Shown: positions 1 to 11,574 of the stretch, piece by piece
Position numbering within the stretch: position 1 is the stretch's first letter
How the letters are laid out: each line of letters opens with the position of its first letter
Assembly (NCBI GenBank): GCA_035193785.1
Contig: CP136572.1
Coordinates: 3,508,578 to 3,572,577 of the forward strand
Source: Planktothrix sp. GU0601_MAG3
GTDB taxonomy: Bacteria > Cyanobacteriota > Cyanobacteriia > Cyanobacteriales > Microcoleaceae
DNA: 64,000 nt
Direction of reading: 5' to 3'
The notes under the pieces: generated by a model
Told to the model about the DNA's origin: nothing
Seen by the model: the letters and a program-made list of their open reading frames with translations, nothing else
Database searches by the model: none
Translations under genes and position numbers: made by a program

Positions 1-181
1 CATAAAACTCCGCATCTGCCCGATCTAATAAGTAAATAAAGGGTAGGGCGGCTAAGGAACAGGATTTCCAGTGACTTTGGACAGGCGCGTAAAACATCTG
101 ACAGATTCCCCCCCGTCTGCCTTCTGGTTTGTAGTGGAGGCAATTACGGCAATTTGAGGGAACTGCATTTTCCCTGTTCAT
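1..181 (-). CDS. Conserved cyanobacterial Cys-rich hypothetical protein (runs off window start)
   Basis: Manual translation from ATG at 181: MNRENAVPSNCRNCLHYKPEGRRGGICQMFYAPVQSHWKSCSLAALPF...; CxxCxxYxPEGRRGGxC motif; not in ORF track. Confidence 0.7.
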   Translation of the reverse strand, partial: MNRENAVPSNCRNCLHYKPEGRRGGICQMFYAPVQSHWKSCSLAALPFIYLLDRADAEFY

Positions 182-516
182 GTTGATCGATCCCAAATAA
201 TTATATAAACTCAATTATGGATGATCAATTTCCTTAACTTTGTTATCTAACTTACAGTTCAACTATATTTTTGTTAAGTTTAATTAAGTTTCCGTCTCCG
301 GGTAAAATCCTGCTTCCGAGAGTTGAAAAAATATTGTGTTGCACAGAAAGAGGATTAAATAATATTTGCCCAAAAAATATACAAAAATTCTGTTAACTGT
401 AAGTACAGAACCAGATGATAACACCAATCCCCGGCTAAAAGTTGACGCTTGACAGACAAGTGTGTACAGTCAACAGTTACGAACCCCAAACCGTGATCTT
501 TTATCCGTTGTTAAAA

Positions 517-1032
517 ATGAGTTTATTGGCGAAAATTGAAGCAATTTTGTATTTAAAAGGTCAGTCGCTTTCCATTGCTGGACTCGCAGAATTAGCCGGG
601 TGCGATCGCACCGAAGTAGAAGAAGCACTCATTCAACTGATGTCCGACTATGCCCATCGAGATAGTGCCTTAGAAGTCGTAGAAACCGATTCTGGATATA
701 GCCTACAACTGCGAGAAGCCTATCGGTCATTAATGCAAAGCTTAGTAGCACCGGAGTTAGGGGTAGGTGCCTTGAGAACTTTAGCCGCGATCGCCCTCAA
801 AGGTGGCATTACCCAAACCGATTTAGTAGAATTAAGGGGGTCAGGAGCCTATCAACAGGTCACCGAGTTGGTAGAACTGGGATTTGTTCAGAAACGCAAA
901 CAAGCTAACTCCCGCTCCCATTGGTTACAAGTGACCAAAAAATTCCATCAGTATTTCCAAGTTGATCAGCTTCCCCAACAACTCTCATTAAATTTTAGCG
1001 ATGATTTACCCCTCGACGCCCCTTTACAATAA
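517..1032 (+). CDS. scpB: SMC-Scp complex subunit ScpB
   Basis: IEAILY, GYSLQLR, LRTLAAIA, ITQTDLVELRG, VTKKFHQYF motifs; ATG at 517. Confidence 0.92.
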   Translation: MSLLAKIEAILYLKGQSLSIAGLAELAGCDRTEVEEALIQLMSDYAHRDSALEVVETDSGYSLQLREAYRSLMQSLVAPELGVGALRTLAAIALKGGITQTDLVELRGSGAYQQVTELVELGFVQKRKQANSRSHWLQVTKKFHQYFQVDQLPQQLSLNFSDDLPLDAPLQ

Positions 1033-1075
1033 GATAAACTATAGATAGCATAAGCATGATATAGAGACGCAGATC

Positions 1076-1417
1076 ATGGTTTTTAACTCTGACTTCCTTA
1101 AATCTGATGTTCAAGAGACCGCCGAAAATCCGTTGTTAACCTACCTGCAAAGTCAACATCCCGATGTTCTGGCAACAGTTGCTCAGTCTGCGAGTTTGGA
1201 AATTAAAGAAATCATTAGTAAAAACGTCCAAGGATTAGTCGGGGTACTCCCCTCCGATCACTTTGATGTGCAGATTACAACCAACCGCGAAAACTTGGCG
1301 GGTCTGTTAGCATCGGCAATGATGACTGGGTACTTTTTACGCCAAATGGAACAACGGATGCACCTAGAAGAAAACCTATCCCGCACCGCTTCGATTGATT
1401 CCAAAACACCGGATTAA
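1076..1417 (+). CDS. DUF760 family protein
   Basis: NPLLTYLQ...ENLAGLLASAMMTGYFLRQMEQR motif. Confidence 0.85.
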   Translation: MVFNSDFLKSDVQETAENPLLTYLQSQHPDVLATVAQSASLEIKEIISKNVQGLVGVLPSDHFDVQITTNRENLAGLLASAMMTGYFLRQMEQRMHLEENLSRTASIDSKTPD

Positions 1418-2635
1418 TTATTGAATTCCCCGGCTAAGGCGGATTCTGGGAACACGGCGGTTTTAATCATCAGGGTTTGTTGTTGGCCTTGGCGGTTAAT
1501 TTCGATGGGAAGTTTCCTCCCCAACCGTCTTAGTTTCAATTTGTGCTTGGACTTGAGCCGGGGTATTCACCGCAACACCGTCAATAGCCGTGAGGATATC
1601 TCCTTTGAGAATTCCCATTTGGGCGGCGGGGGAATCCTCCACCACCCGCACCACAATCACCCCGGTGTCTTGGGTCAATTTAACTTCCAGTTGCTGATTC
1701 ATTTCGGCCTTCACCACCGGACTAAGTTCCACCATCTGTACGCCCAGATAGGGATGATCAGCTTTTCCCTTGGCGAAAAGTTGACTAGCAATGCGGATCG
1801 CCGTTTCAATGGGAATGGCAAATCCTAGACCCTGGGCATTAGCCCGAATTGCCGTATTAATCCCAATCACATGACCTTGATCATTCAAGAGTGGCCCGCC
1901 AGAGTTGCCGGGATTAATTGCCGCATCGGTTTGAATAAAGCGGACTCGTTTATCAGGAATTCCCACCTGGGTACTGGAACGGTCTGTAGCGCTGATAATC
2001 CCAATAGTTACGGTATTATCTAACCCTAGGGGATTGCCAATGGCGATCGCCCACTGACCCGGAACCAAATGGTCAGAGAAGCCAATCGGAGCCGTCGGTA
2101 ACTCCTTACCCTCAATTTTCACCGACGCCACATCGGTTATCGGGTCAACTCCTTTGACTTTCCCCTCAAATACCCGACCATCCTTGAGGGTGACTTGCAC
2201 CGTATCCGCCCCATCCACAACATGGGCATTAGTAATGATCCGACCGTCGGAATGTAGAATAAATCCTGAACCTGTTCCCCGACGCACCCGGTCTTCAGGT
2301 GTGGGGATTTGATTGCCAAAAAAGCGTTTAAATAGGGGATTTTTAAAGGCATCGGGCACATCTTGTGCCGACTTGCGGGTCGCGTCAATTCTCACCACCG
2401 TCGGGCCAACAATTTCGGCGGCATCGGCAATAAAATTAGAACTACTACGGTCAACCACCTGATCTTCCGTAACCCTAGGGGGAGAAACCACGGGCATAGG
2501 TTTAACGATGGCCACCGTCGCCGATAACGGGTCGGGGTTATTGGTTCGGACATGGCGACTTCCCAGCCACCCACCACCGCCACCTAATGAAACTAAGGCT
2601 AGGTATATCGTAAACTGTTTGAAAGATAAATCCAT
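1414..2635 (-). CDS. HhoA/HhoB/HtrA serine endoprotease with PDZ domain (apparent +1 frameshift at ~1512)
   Basis: GTGSGF, TNAHVV, QTDAAINPGNSGGPL, PDZ; removing one base at GTTTC 1512-1516 gives ...GEELPIEINRQG...GEFNN*. Confidence 0.93.
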
Positions 2636-2830
2636 CTGTGTTGCGGGAGTGGAAATCAGTAATCAGTTATTAGTTATCAGTAATCAGTTACCAGTGAAAG
2701 AAATAAAAGAAAGACTTCACGATCCGATTATAACTGTAAACTACATATTACGGTGATAACTGATTATTATTTAACAATCACTAACAGGGGAATCGGTTTC
2801 TTTAAAGTTAAATTTGATTAATTATTGCTC

Positions 2831-3719
2831 ATGTCGTTTCAACGTTTAGAAATATTATCGGGGTCGATGGCTCTAATCGGCATATTAGTTGGTTTTACCC
2901 CCTCAATAGGGTCTGTAGAGGCGAATGCACCCTTTAACTCAGAAGCTCAAGATGTTTGCCCCACCCCAGTATTATCCCGTTTAAAACCCCATCGGATTGC
3001 CCCTGGAGATACCCTTGAAAGTATTGCCCGCCAATATAATCTGATTCCGGCAACCCTACTGGGGATGAATCCGATTTTACAACGGGGGCCGATTCCCATT
3101 GGACAGGAGATTTTGATTCCGCCCCATAATGGGATACGAGTAGATATTCCCCCGGGTAGGAGTTGGCAGGAAGTAGCCAGAGCTTATAATGCCCGTCCTG
3201 ACGTGGTTTTTGAAATGAATGGTTGTCAAACCCAACCAATAGCTTTATTTTTACCCGGTGTGAATTGGTCACCCAAAGGGCCACCGACCGTGGCGGTATC
3301 GGTGTTAGTGGGTTATCCGTTACCGCAACGGACAACCCTACAAATGGGTTATGGTTGGCAAATCCATCCGGTTTCGGGTCGGGTAATATTTCATAGTGGT
3401 TTAGATTTGACGGCGACGGTGGGAACTGCGGTTTTATCCGTGGGGGCGGGAAAAATAGCCTTTGCGGGGGAAACGGGAGGGCTATGGAAAATTAGTGGTG
3501 GTTAATCATGGGTCAGGGAAACAAACCCGTTATGCCCATCTGGATAATATTGGGGTGAAACTGGGTCAATCGGTTAAGTTAGGGGATGTATTAGGAACGG
3601 TCGGAACAACGGGACAACCGGATACGGATCAACCCCATCTCCATTTTGAAATTCGTTACAACTCCGATTTAGGATGGATTGCAGAAGATCCCAATCCCTA
3701 TTTTCAAGCTAAACGATAA
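2831..3719 (+). CDS. LysM + M23 family peptidase (apparent frameshift at ~3470)
   Basis: GDTLESIARQY LysM; HSGLDL, TRYAHL, PHLHFEIR M23 motifs split over two ORFs. Confidence 0.9.
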
Positions 3720-3798
3720 CCTGGATATTCTACTCCCTACTCCCTCTAGTTTTGATAAGATATAAATACAACTCTAGGGTTAGAAAATCGTGAACTTC

Positions 3799-4032
3799 AT
3801 GCACAAGCGTTCCCATCAAATAGACTCAACGGAAATTACTCGCCGGGCTGCCGATCTGGTCAGTGCCGCCTCTAATCGCTATCGGATTACAGTGCAAGTC
3901 GCAAATCGGGCTAAACGGTGTCGCTATGAAGATTTTGATAATGGGGATGAGAACACTATCAAACCTGTTTTACGCGCAATTATTGAAATGTCCGATGAAC
4001 TAAATCAGCCGCAAATTATCGCGGATCGTTAG
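3799..4032 (+). CDS. rpoZ: RNA polymerase omega subunit (Ycf61)
   Basis: [16 protein letters not shown]...[14 protein letters not shown] cyanobacterial omega signature. Confidence 0.92.
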   Translation: MHKRSHQIDSTEITRRAADLVSAASNRYRITVQVANRAKRCRYEDFDNGDENTIKPVLRAIIEMSDELNQPQIIADR

Positions 4033-4115
4033 ATTAATAAATTGCAGTATGGGGAGTCTTTAACACCTGATTTATCGAGGTGATAAGGACTCCAAGATGT
4101 CTTAATTATAGGCTT

Positions 4116-4730
4116 ATGTTGAAATATCGAAAACCCCAAAAACCCGTTATTTTAAGTTTTTTATTACTCGCTGTTACCATTACCCTATTTATTGTTTTGG
4201 GTGGGTTTGTTGAGGGTCTTGAAATTCAGGGAATCGCCCAAACTCCGCCATCGGAAATAGCCCCTCCATCGGGACGGTTGAAAGTCTCGGAGGTGTGGAA
4301 AAGAGTCTATGAACAGTTACCAAATTTACCCCGGGAAAATCAATATCTTTCCCAGGAAACGGGAAAAGTCGCTGAAGATAATACCTTGATTGGTCGATTG
4401 ATCCGTTATCATATTTATGTGAAAGCTCGACCGACTCAATATCGTTTTGATTGGAAACTCACCTTAGCCGATTATCTCGGGGTTAATGAACCGATGTTAG
4501 TATTAAGTTATCCGGGTCAGGAAGTATTAAAAGAAAATCCTTTAGTCGGGGATCAAAAAGCGATTCAACAGTTAAATCGAGTTGAACGGGATGCGTTAGT
4601 TAATACGCTGGCGGGTTTATTTAATCCTAATCCGGTTAATATTGGCCCGATGCCTTCCACACCCACCCCTAAACCGCCAACCCCCTCCGGTGATTCTCCT
4701 GAGTCGGGGGGTGCTCAAGGCTTAAAATAA
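4116..4730 (+). CDS. Conserved cyanobacterial exported hypothetical protein
   Basis: N-terminal hydrophobic segment; LPRENQY...NTLIGRLIRYH...RFDWKLTLADYLG; Pro-rich tail. Confidence 0.7.
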   Translation: MLKYRKPQKPVILSFLLLAVTITLFIVLGGFVEGLEIQGIAQTPPSEIAPPSGRLKVSEVWKRVYEQLPNLPRENQYLSQETGKVAEDNTLIGRLIRYHIYVKARPTQYRFDWKLTLADYLGVNEPMLVLSYPGQEVLKENPLVGDQKAIQQLNRVERDALVNTLAGLFNPNPVNIGPMPSTPTPKPPTPSGDSPESGGAQGLK

Positions 4731-4740
4731 CCTGGGGGAC

Positions 4741-5107
4741 ATGGAAAGAATTCTCAAAACAGGAAACGGATGGCGTTTAGGTTGGAAACCCCCAAGCCCC
4801 GGAATTTCAAGGGTTAGTCGGGGGCGATACCTGGGCGGTGGAATTGACGCAGGCGGAGTTTGATGATTTTTGTCGGTTGTTGGGTGAATTAGCTAATACT
4901 ATGACCCAAATGGCTATTGAGTTGATGGATGAAGAAAAAATAGCCTGTGAAGCGGAAACCGATCAGTTATGGATGCAGGTAGAAGGCTATGCTAATGCCT
5001 ATACGGTGCAGTTGATTTTGCATAGTGGACGCCGGGCGGAGGGTGCTTGGCCCGTGGAGGTGGTGGGGGAATTGGTACAAGCGACAAAAACCTTAAAAAT
5101 CTTTTGA
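4741..5107 (+). CDS. DUF1818 family protein (apparent frameshift at ~4785)
   Basis: MERILKTGNGWRLGW(N)PQAPEFQGLVGGDTWAVELT... joins ORF 4838-5107 after repair. Confidence 0.8.
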
Positions 5108-5114
5108 AATATCC

Positions 5115-5144
5115 TTGACAAGTTTCTGTTTGCTATGCTACATT
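5115..5144 (+). promoter_or_regulatory. Putative sigma70 promoter of tRNA-Pro
   Basis: TTGACA (5115-5120), 18 bp spacer, TGC-TACATT extended -10 just upstream of tRNA. Confidence 0.55.
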
Positions 5145-5156
5145 GAGTAATTGTGT

Positions 5157-5230
<74 letters not shown>

Positions 5231-5259
5231 TTCTAAATCGGTAACTATATTAAATAGTA

Positions 5260-5302
5260 CAAAATTCACTCTTGAGATATTCAATACTCAGGAGTGATTT
5301 TG
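5260..5302. terminator. Hairpin between convergent tRNA-Pro and copper operon
   Basis: CAAAATTCACTCTTGAG...CTCAGGAGTGATTTTG inverted repeat. Confidence 0.55.
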
Positions 5303-5327
5303 TTATTCTGGCATATCCTAGTTTGGT

Positions 5328-6288
5328 TTAAAGGGAATGCCAAATTTTACCCCCATCGGAAGAATGAAAAACAACATTTTGCTGATTCACCCCATAAATA
5401 ATCTGGGGATTTTTAGGATTAGTTGCCAAATATAAAATAACACCTTCGGTTCCGGTTCCCAATTTTTCCCAAGTTTTGCCACTATCGGAAACTTTGATAA
5501 ATTCCAGGGTCAGATTCTAACAACCGATATCCCACCATCACCGTTTTATTATTATCTGGAATTAAAGCCAAACCAGTAATTAAACTGCTATCCGTCCCAG
5601 GAATTAATTCCCAATTTTTACCCCCATTTTTACTTTCATATAATCCTCCTTGAGTAGTGGCGAAAATATGTTCGGAATTTTGCGGGTTAACGGTTAAACT
5701 AAAGACCCCATTATCCAAACCATCCGGGGTAATTGATTCCCAATTTTTACCGCCATCTTTTGAAACTAAAAATCCCTGTTCCCCCGATGCAGCCCAACCA
5801 TAAATCAGATTAGGATTACTACTAGAAATTGCTAAAGCATGAAAATCAACCCCAGATTTAGACAAAACTTGCCAAGTTTCCCCGTAATCTTCTGTGACTC
5901 GAAATCCTAAATTTCCTCCGGTGTGGGGATGTCCGCTAGAATAGAGGCGATTACTGTCTGTTGGATGGGCAGCAAATCCCATATAATCAGAACGATCTTT
6001 ACCTACCCAAGACCATTTTTTATCTTGAGAATATTGAATTAATCCATGATGGGTTCCAATATATAAAATATTAGGATTATTTGGATCAATTGCTATCCCA
6101 TGAATATGATTCTCCCTTTGCCAATCTGTTGCGGGAGTTAGGGTAACTGTGGATGGTTTTGTTGTAGAAATTTTAGGGGTTGAAGTTACAACAGAATTGG
6201 GTTGAGTTTCAACTTTAGGCTGGGGAGACGAGCAACTAATTATAGATAAGGTCAGGATCAAAAGTACCAAATTTTGTAAGGTTTTCAT
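5328..6288 (-). CDS. BNR/Asp-box beta-propeller lipoprotein (F510_1955-like; apparent frameshift at ~5488)
   Basis: Lipobox LSIISC; HIHGIA, GTHHGL, SSGHP, DFHAL; repeated SxDGGxxW Asp-boxes continuing to ...SDGGKIWHSL*. Confidence 0.8.
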
Positions 6289-6311
6289 AATTTTTCTAGG
6301 TGATAATGGGG

Positions 6312-6833
6312 TTACGGTAACTGATGCTGAACTTCTAAGACTCCTCGAATCATATTCATCCCACAACTAAAGGAATATTCTCCCGATTCTTCAGGAATAA
6401 ACTCAATGGTTGTGGTTTGATTTATCGGTAAATCTTGAGCAATATTAAAGTCAGGAAATAGCACTTTATCTAAGCAATGACTAGGATCTTTACGAATAAA
6501 GTTCAGACGGACTTTTTTACCCAATTGAACGGTAATGCGGTTAGGTTGATAGCCTCCATCTACTAAGATATCTAATTCTTGAGTATCTTGATTAATTATG
6601 GCTTTTTTAGCTTTGGGTTTACTCAATAAAAACCACCAAATTTCTAATCCAATTAGGGCTAACCCACTTGCTGTTACTGCCATTTTAGTTGATAACGGCT
6701 GTTCAATAGTCCGCAATTGATTGTTAGCGGGTTCTGCATGGGATTCCATTGACCGAACTGGGGCAGAATTTCCCACTAAAATAGATAGGAAAATTCCGCT
6801 AAATTGTAAGCCGATTTTGAGTTTTCTGTCCAT
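6312..6833 (-). CDS. Cupredoxin domain membrane protein
   Basis: VDGGYQP, Cys in SHCL, FSCGMNMIRG C-terminal copper-ligand motif. Confidence 0.85.
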   Translation of the reverse strand: MDRKLKIGLQFSGIFLSILVGNSAPVRSMESHAEPANNQLRTIEQPLSTKMAVTASGLALIGLEIWWFLLSKPKAKKAIINQDTQELDILVDGGYQPNRITVQLGKKVRLNFIRKDPSHCLDKVLFPDFNIAQDLPINQTTTIEFIPEESGEYSFSCGMNMIRGVLEVQHQLP

Positions 6834-6878
6834 GATTTGTTCTCCTAATTAATTATAATAATACTCAAACCCAGTCTT

Positions 6879-6937
6879 GGGGGCGGGTTTATCGACATTT
6901 AGGTGATTAACAAAAATCTAAAAGAACCCGCCCCTAC
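6879..6937. repeat. REP-type inverted repeat (GGGGCGGGTT...AACCCGCCCCTAC)
   Basis: Same palindrome family recurs at 19384-19553, 25165-26047, 28049-28110. Confidence 0.75.
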
Positions 6938-6987
6938 CAGTTATCCGTCCAAAACCCATTCCCCATTCCCTATTCCCTTTTTAGACA

Positions 6988-9260
6988 TTAATTCAGTTTA
7001 AACTGACGCAATCTTAACGCATTGGTAACAACAGAAATCGAACTTAATGCCATGGCTCCTCCAGCAATAATTGGATTCAATAACCAACCCGTTAAAGGGT
7101 AAAAAATTCCTGCTGCAATGGGGATTCCTGCCGAATTATAGATAAAGGCAAAAAACAGATTTTGGCGAATATTATTTAAGGTAGCTTTGCTAAGTTTAAT
7201 CGCCGTAACTATCCCGATTAAATCCCCTGAAATTAAGGTAATATCACTGGCTGCGATCGCCACATCCGTCCCAGTCCCAATCGCCATTCCCACATCTGCT
7301 TGAGCTAAAGCGGGAGCATCATTAATACCATCGCCTACCATTGCCACAATTTGATGCTGTTTTTTTCGCCCTTTTTGTTGATTTTGTAGGGATTTAATTA
7401 TATTAGCTTTTTGGTCGGGACGCACTTCGGCAAAGACCCGTTTAATTCCCACTTCCGAGGCGATCGCTTCGGCGGTTTTTTGATTATCTCCGGTTAACAT
7501 AACCACCTCTAACCCCATTTTTTGTAAGGCTTGAATTGCAGGTTTTGAAGTCGGTTTTAGTGCATCTGAAATAGCAAATAACCCTTCTATTTCCCCATCA
7601 ATTGCTATCCAAGCAGTGGTTTTTCCTTCGGCTTCCCAACTTGATTGATACTGTTGTAAAGGTGCGGTTTTAATTCCTAATTCTTCCATCCAGCGAGAGG
7701 TTTCCAATCTGTACCAACTGATCAGAAATATAACCTTGAACCCCCATTCCAGCTAAGGCTTGAAAATTGCGAATTTCAGGGAAGGGAAAATTAACTCCTT
7801 GGGTTTTAGCATATTCAACAATAGCTTCTGCTAAGGGATGTTCCGATTGTTGTTCAATAGCCGCGGCTAATTGTAATAATTTTAATTCCTGATCGTTGTT
7901 GGTTCCTCCAATAGTTATATAGTGAGTAACAGTAGGTTTTCCGGCGGTTAAAGTTCCGGTTTTATCTAATACAATAATTTGGATTTTATGGGCTAATTCT
8001 AAACTCTCTGCTCCTTTAATTAAAATCCCATGTTCTGCCCCCAAACCAGTTCCAACCATCACAGAAGTTGGTGTGGCTAATCCCAATGCACAGGGACAAG
8101 CAATAATTAAAACTCCGACGGTTGTAGTAATAGCTAAAGTGATATTTCCCGTTAAATTAAACCACATTATAAAAGTAGCGATCGCGATCGCAATTACAAC
8201 CGGAACAAACCAACCTGTAACCTGATCTGCTAACTTTTGAATCGGAGCTTTTGAGCCCTGCGCCTGTTGAACTAACTGCACAATTTGGGCTAATACCGTA
8301 TCTTTTCCCACCCGTGAAGCTCGAAATATAAAACTTCCGGTTTTATTGATTGTAGCTCCAATTACTTCATCCCCCGGATATTTTTCAACGGGAATACTTT
8401 CCCCCGTCACCATCGCTTCATCAACCGTAGAATTTCCTTCAATTAATTCTCCATCAACAGGTATTTTTTCCCCAGGACGTACCCGAATAATCTCCCCCAC
8501 TTTCACCGCTTCAATGGGAATATCAATTTCCTCTCCAGACCGAATTACCCGGGCTGTTTTAGCCTGTAATCCCATTAATTTTTTAATCGCATCGGAGGTT
8601 TTTCCTCGGACGCGGTGTTCTAATAATTGACCCAATAAAATTAAGGTAATAATTACAACCGCAGATTCATAATAAACATCCGCCGATAACCCTTGATTTA
8701 GGAAAAATCGTGGGAAAAAGGTAACAAAAACAGAATATAAATAAGCCGATCCTGTTCCTACCGAAATTAAAGTATTCATATCCGCCTGATGACGTTTTAA
8801 CCCTTTCCAAGCTCCGAGAAAAAAGGATTGACCCGACCAGAATAAAATCGGCGTTGTGAGGATTAATTGTAACCAATGGTTGTGCATCCATTGGGGAATA
8901 AAGGGTAAATTTAAACCCGTCATCATTGGTAATCCACCGATTACTAAAAACCCACTGACAATAGCACTAATTAACACTTTTTGGGTTAATTTTTGTTCAA
9001 TTTCTCGGTTATCTTTTTCGCTATTTTGAAGGTCAGATGTTGTATCTTCTATCGCTTGAGCCGTATATCCAGCCTCTGTAACCGCCTGTTGAATTTGCTC
9101 AATATTGGTTTGATGGGGATCAAATTCAACCGTTGCTTGTTTCCGCTCCAAAATTAACCTGACAAATCCCAACCCCATCCACATTTTGAATCGCTGTTTC
9201 TATGGTATTGGCGCAGGAGGCGCACCCCATTCCTTTTAATCGTAAATAGCTTGTTTTCAT
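6988..9260 (-). CDS. Cu(I)-translocating P1B-type ATPase (CopA/PacS-like; apparent frameshifts at ~7700 and ~9139)
   Basis: N-terminal [44 protein letters not shown] and MALSS motifs. Confidence 0.93.
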
Positions 9261-9336
9261 GGTTGAAACTCCCTTTTGAGTTCAGTTCGGTGGTGCGTTT
9301 CCTCGGTTTAAACACCCCACAATGTTCTTGACTTTT

Positions 9337-9368
9337 ATTCTAAAGTCTCCTCTCCACTGGAGTGTCAA
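9337..9368 (-). promoter_or_regulatory. MerR-type promoter/operator of copper operon
   Basis: Minus strand TTGACA-CTCCAGTGGAGAGGAGACTT-TAGAAT: 20 bp spacer containing CTCC...GGAG dyad. Confidence 0.7.
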
Positions 9369-9398
9369 GGGGGAATGGAAAATTAAATTCCCCATCGC

Positions 9399-10842
9399 CT
9401 ATAACCCCCTAGAATTCAGGGGTAAAAGGACTGTAGCGGTTGTTCCTTGGTTAATTTGGCTGTCTAAATAAATTTGACCGTGATGGTTTTCCACGATAGC
9501 TTGAGCGATCGCCAAACCCAAACCAGACCCCCCACTATTGCGATGGGTACGGGAGGGATCAACACGATAAAAACGATCAAAAATGTTGGGTAATACTTCA
9601 GCAGGAATCCCAATTCCTGTGTCTTTAATTATAACTTGTAATCCTTCAAATTTCAATAGAGAATTAGATTTTTCCCAAGATTCATTAACCTTTCCCAAGG
9701 TAGCTTGTCGCTTGGGTTTAGCAATAGGTTTTAATTCAATTTTAATCTCACCACCCGCAGGAGTATACTGTACTGAATTACTAACTAAATTAGTAAATAA
9801 TCGCACCAATTGATCCCAATCTCCCTCTAAAGTAAAGGGTTCATTTTCCCGGGAATAATTATTGCTATCTGAATTAACAATATTATCCTCAACATCCTGA
9901 ATAAAATCTAAGGAAATTTGGATTCCTTGTTGAGTTGCGATCGCCGTTTGTTCTTCCACTACTTCCATTAATAACCCATCTAAAGGAAGGGAAATAAATT
10001 GAGGTTGAATAATCCCGCTATCCTGTCTAGCTAAAAATAATAAATCATCCACTAACCGACCTAAACGGCGAGTAATTCGTTCAATTACTTGTAATTGTTG
10101 TTGTTCAGAACTGGATAAATTAGGTTTCTGCTAAAGCCACTTGTACATTAGTTTGAATCATCGCAATCGGATTTCTTAATTCATGGGAAGCATCGGCGGT
10201 AAATTGTTTTAAACGTTGGTAAGAATCCCGCACAGGTTCTATGGCTAAACCCGATAAAAACCAGCCAATAGTAGCTACACCAATCAACATTATAATTGTT
10301 CCCAAAGTCAAATCAAAAATCAACTGTTGAATGGGTTTTGTCACTTCAAACCAGGGATGACTAACCCGTAAATAACCTAATACTTGTCGTCCGATTTCCA
10401 CCCGATCTGTAACTTGTCTTAAAATCATTTCTGAAATATTATTATCTTCAGAAATATGTACCGTTTCCCCACTGCGGTTTGGATGAAGCGAAATATCTAA
10501 AGGTTGGGAAAAAGTAGACCACAATAATTCTCCCGTGGGACTAAACCATTCCATATCAATATGATCATCTTCAACGGTATTCAGATTATTTCTAAAACTG
10601 GCTTCAACATTCACTTGAAATTGACCAGCTAAAACCGCCGGAGACATAGCTGGAGGCGTCGTTACGGGTTCAATTACTAAAGAACGTTCTACCACTTCTA
10701 CAACGTGATTTAAGGTATCATCAATCCGTTCAATTAAGGTATTTCGTACATAGAAATAAAATCCACTGGCGAATAGTAATAATAAAATAGCGGTAACTGC
10801 GGTATACCAAATTGCTAACCGTCGCCGAGTTGCTTGAAACAT
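9399..10842 (-). CDS. Membrane sensor histidine kinase (ManS-like; apparent frameshift at ~10124)
   Basis: Two TM helices, FTADASHELRNP H-box, N/G1/F/G2 boxes (DTGIGI, FDRFYR, GSGLGLAI). Confidence 0.88.
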
Positions 10843-10906
10843 AAGTTAAAAAAATTTGCTAATCTATAAATGGGTTACAATTCTATTTTAGGATAGGGAA
10901 AATACA

Positions 10907-11483
10907 ATGATTTTACAAGTTGAAGAAAAAAAGGTCTATACTCTGGAAGAATACCTCAATTTTGAAGTTAATTCTTCAGAAACGCCATGAATATATTAAC
11001 GGTGAAATTAGACCCGTGACCGGCGGAACTCCCAATCATAATCAAATTACAGGTAATGTCTACGCGACGCTGAATTTTGCCCTCAAGCGTCAACCCTATC
11101 GCGTATTTGTTACCGATCAACGTCTTTGGATTCCCACAAAACGCCTCTATACCTATCCTGATATTATGGTAATTCAGGGTGATATTCAACTCCAAGAAGG
11201 GAGAAAAGATACTATTACAAATCCGTTAATTATTGTAGAGGTATTATCCACATCAACCAGAAACTACGACAAAGACGAAAAATTTGCCGCCTACCGCACC
11301 CTTCCCACTTTTCAAGAATATATTTTGATTGATCAATATAATATTCAGATTGAACATTATTATAAAACCGATCAGAAACACTGGATATTTATGGAGTATA
11401 ATAATAGCAATGAAACCTTAGTTTTTAACTCGATATCTTTTGAAATTGCTGTTGCTGATATTTATGATAAAGTTGAGTTTTAA
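10907..11483 (+). CDS. Uma2 family endonuclease (apparent frameshift at ~10979)
   Basis: MILQVEEKKVYTLEEYL...RHEYINGEI, YPDIMV, VEVLSTST, EYILIDQ. Confidence 0.9.
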
Positions 11484-11574
11484 TCTTAAATATTATATAA
11501 GCGTGCTAACGTTGGGGATAAAAAAACATGATTTAAGTTATTAATTACCGAGTTTCAATTCCACTATATTTAAT

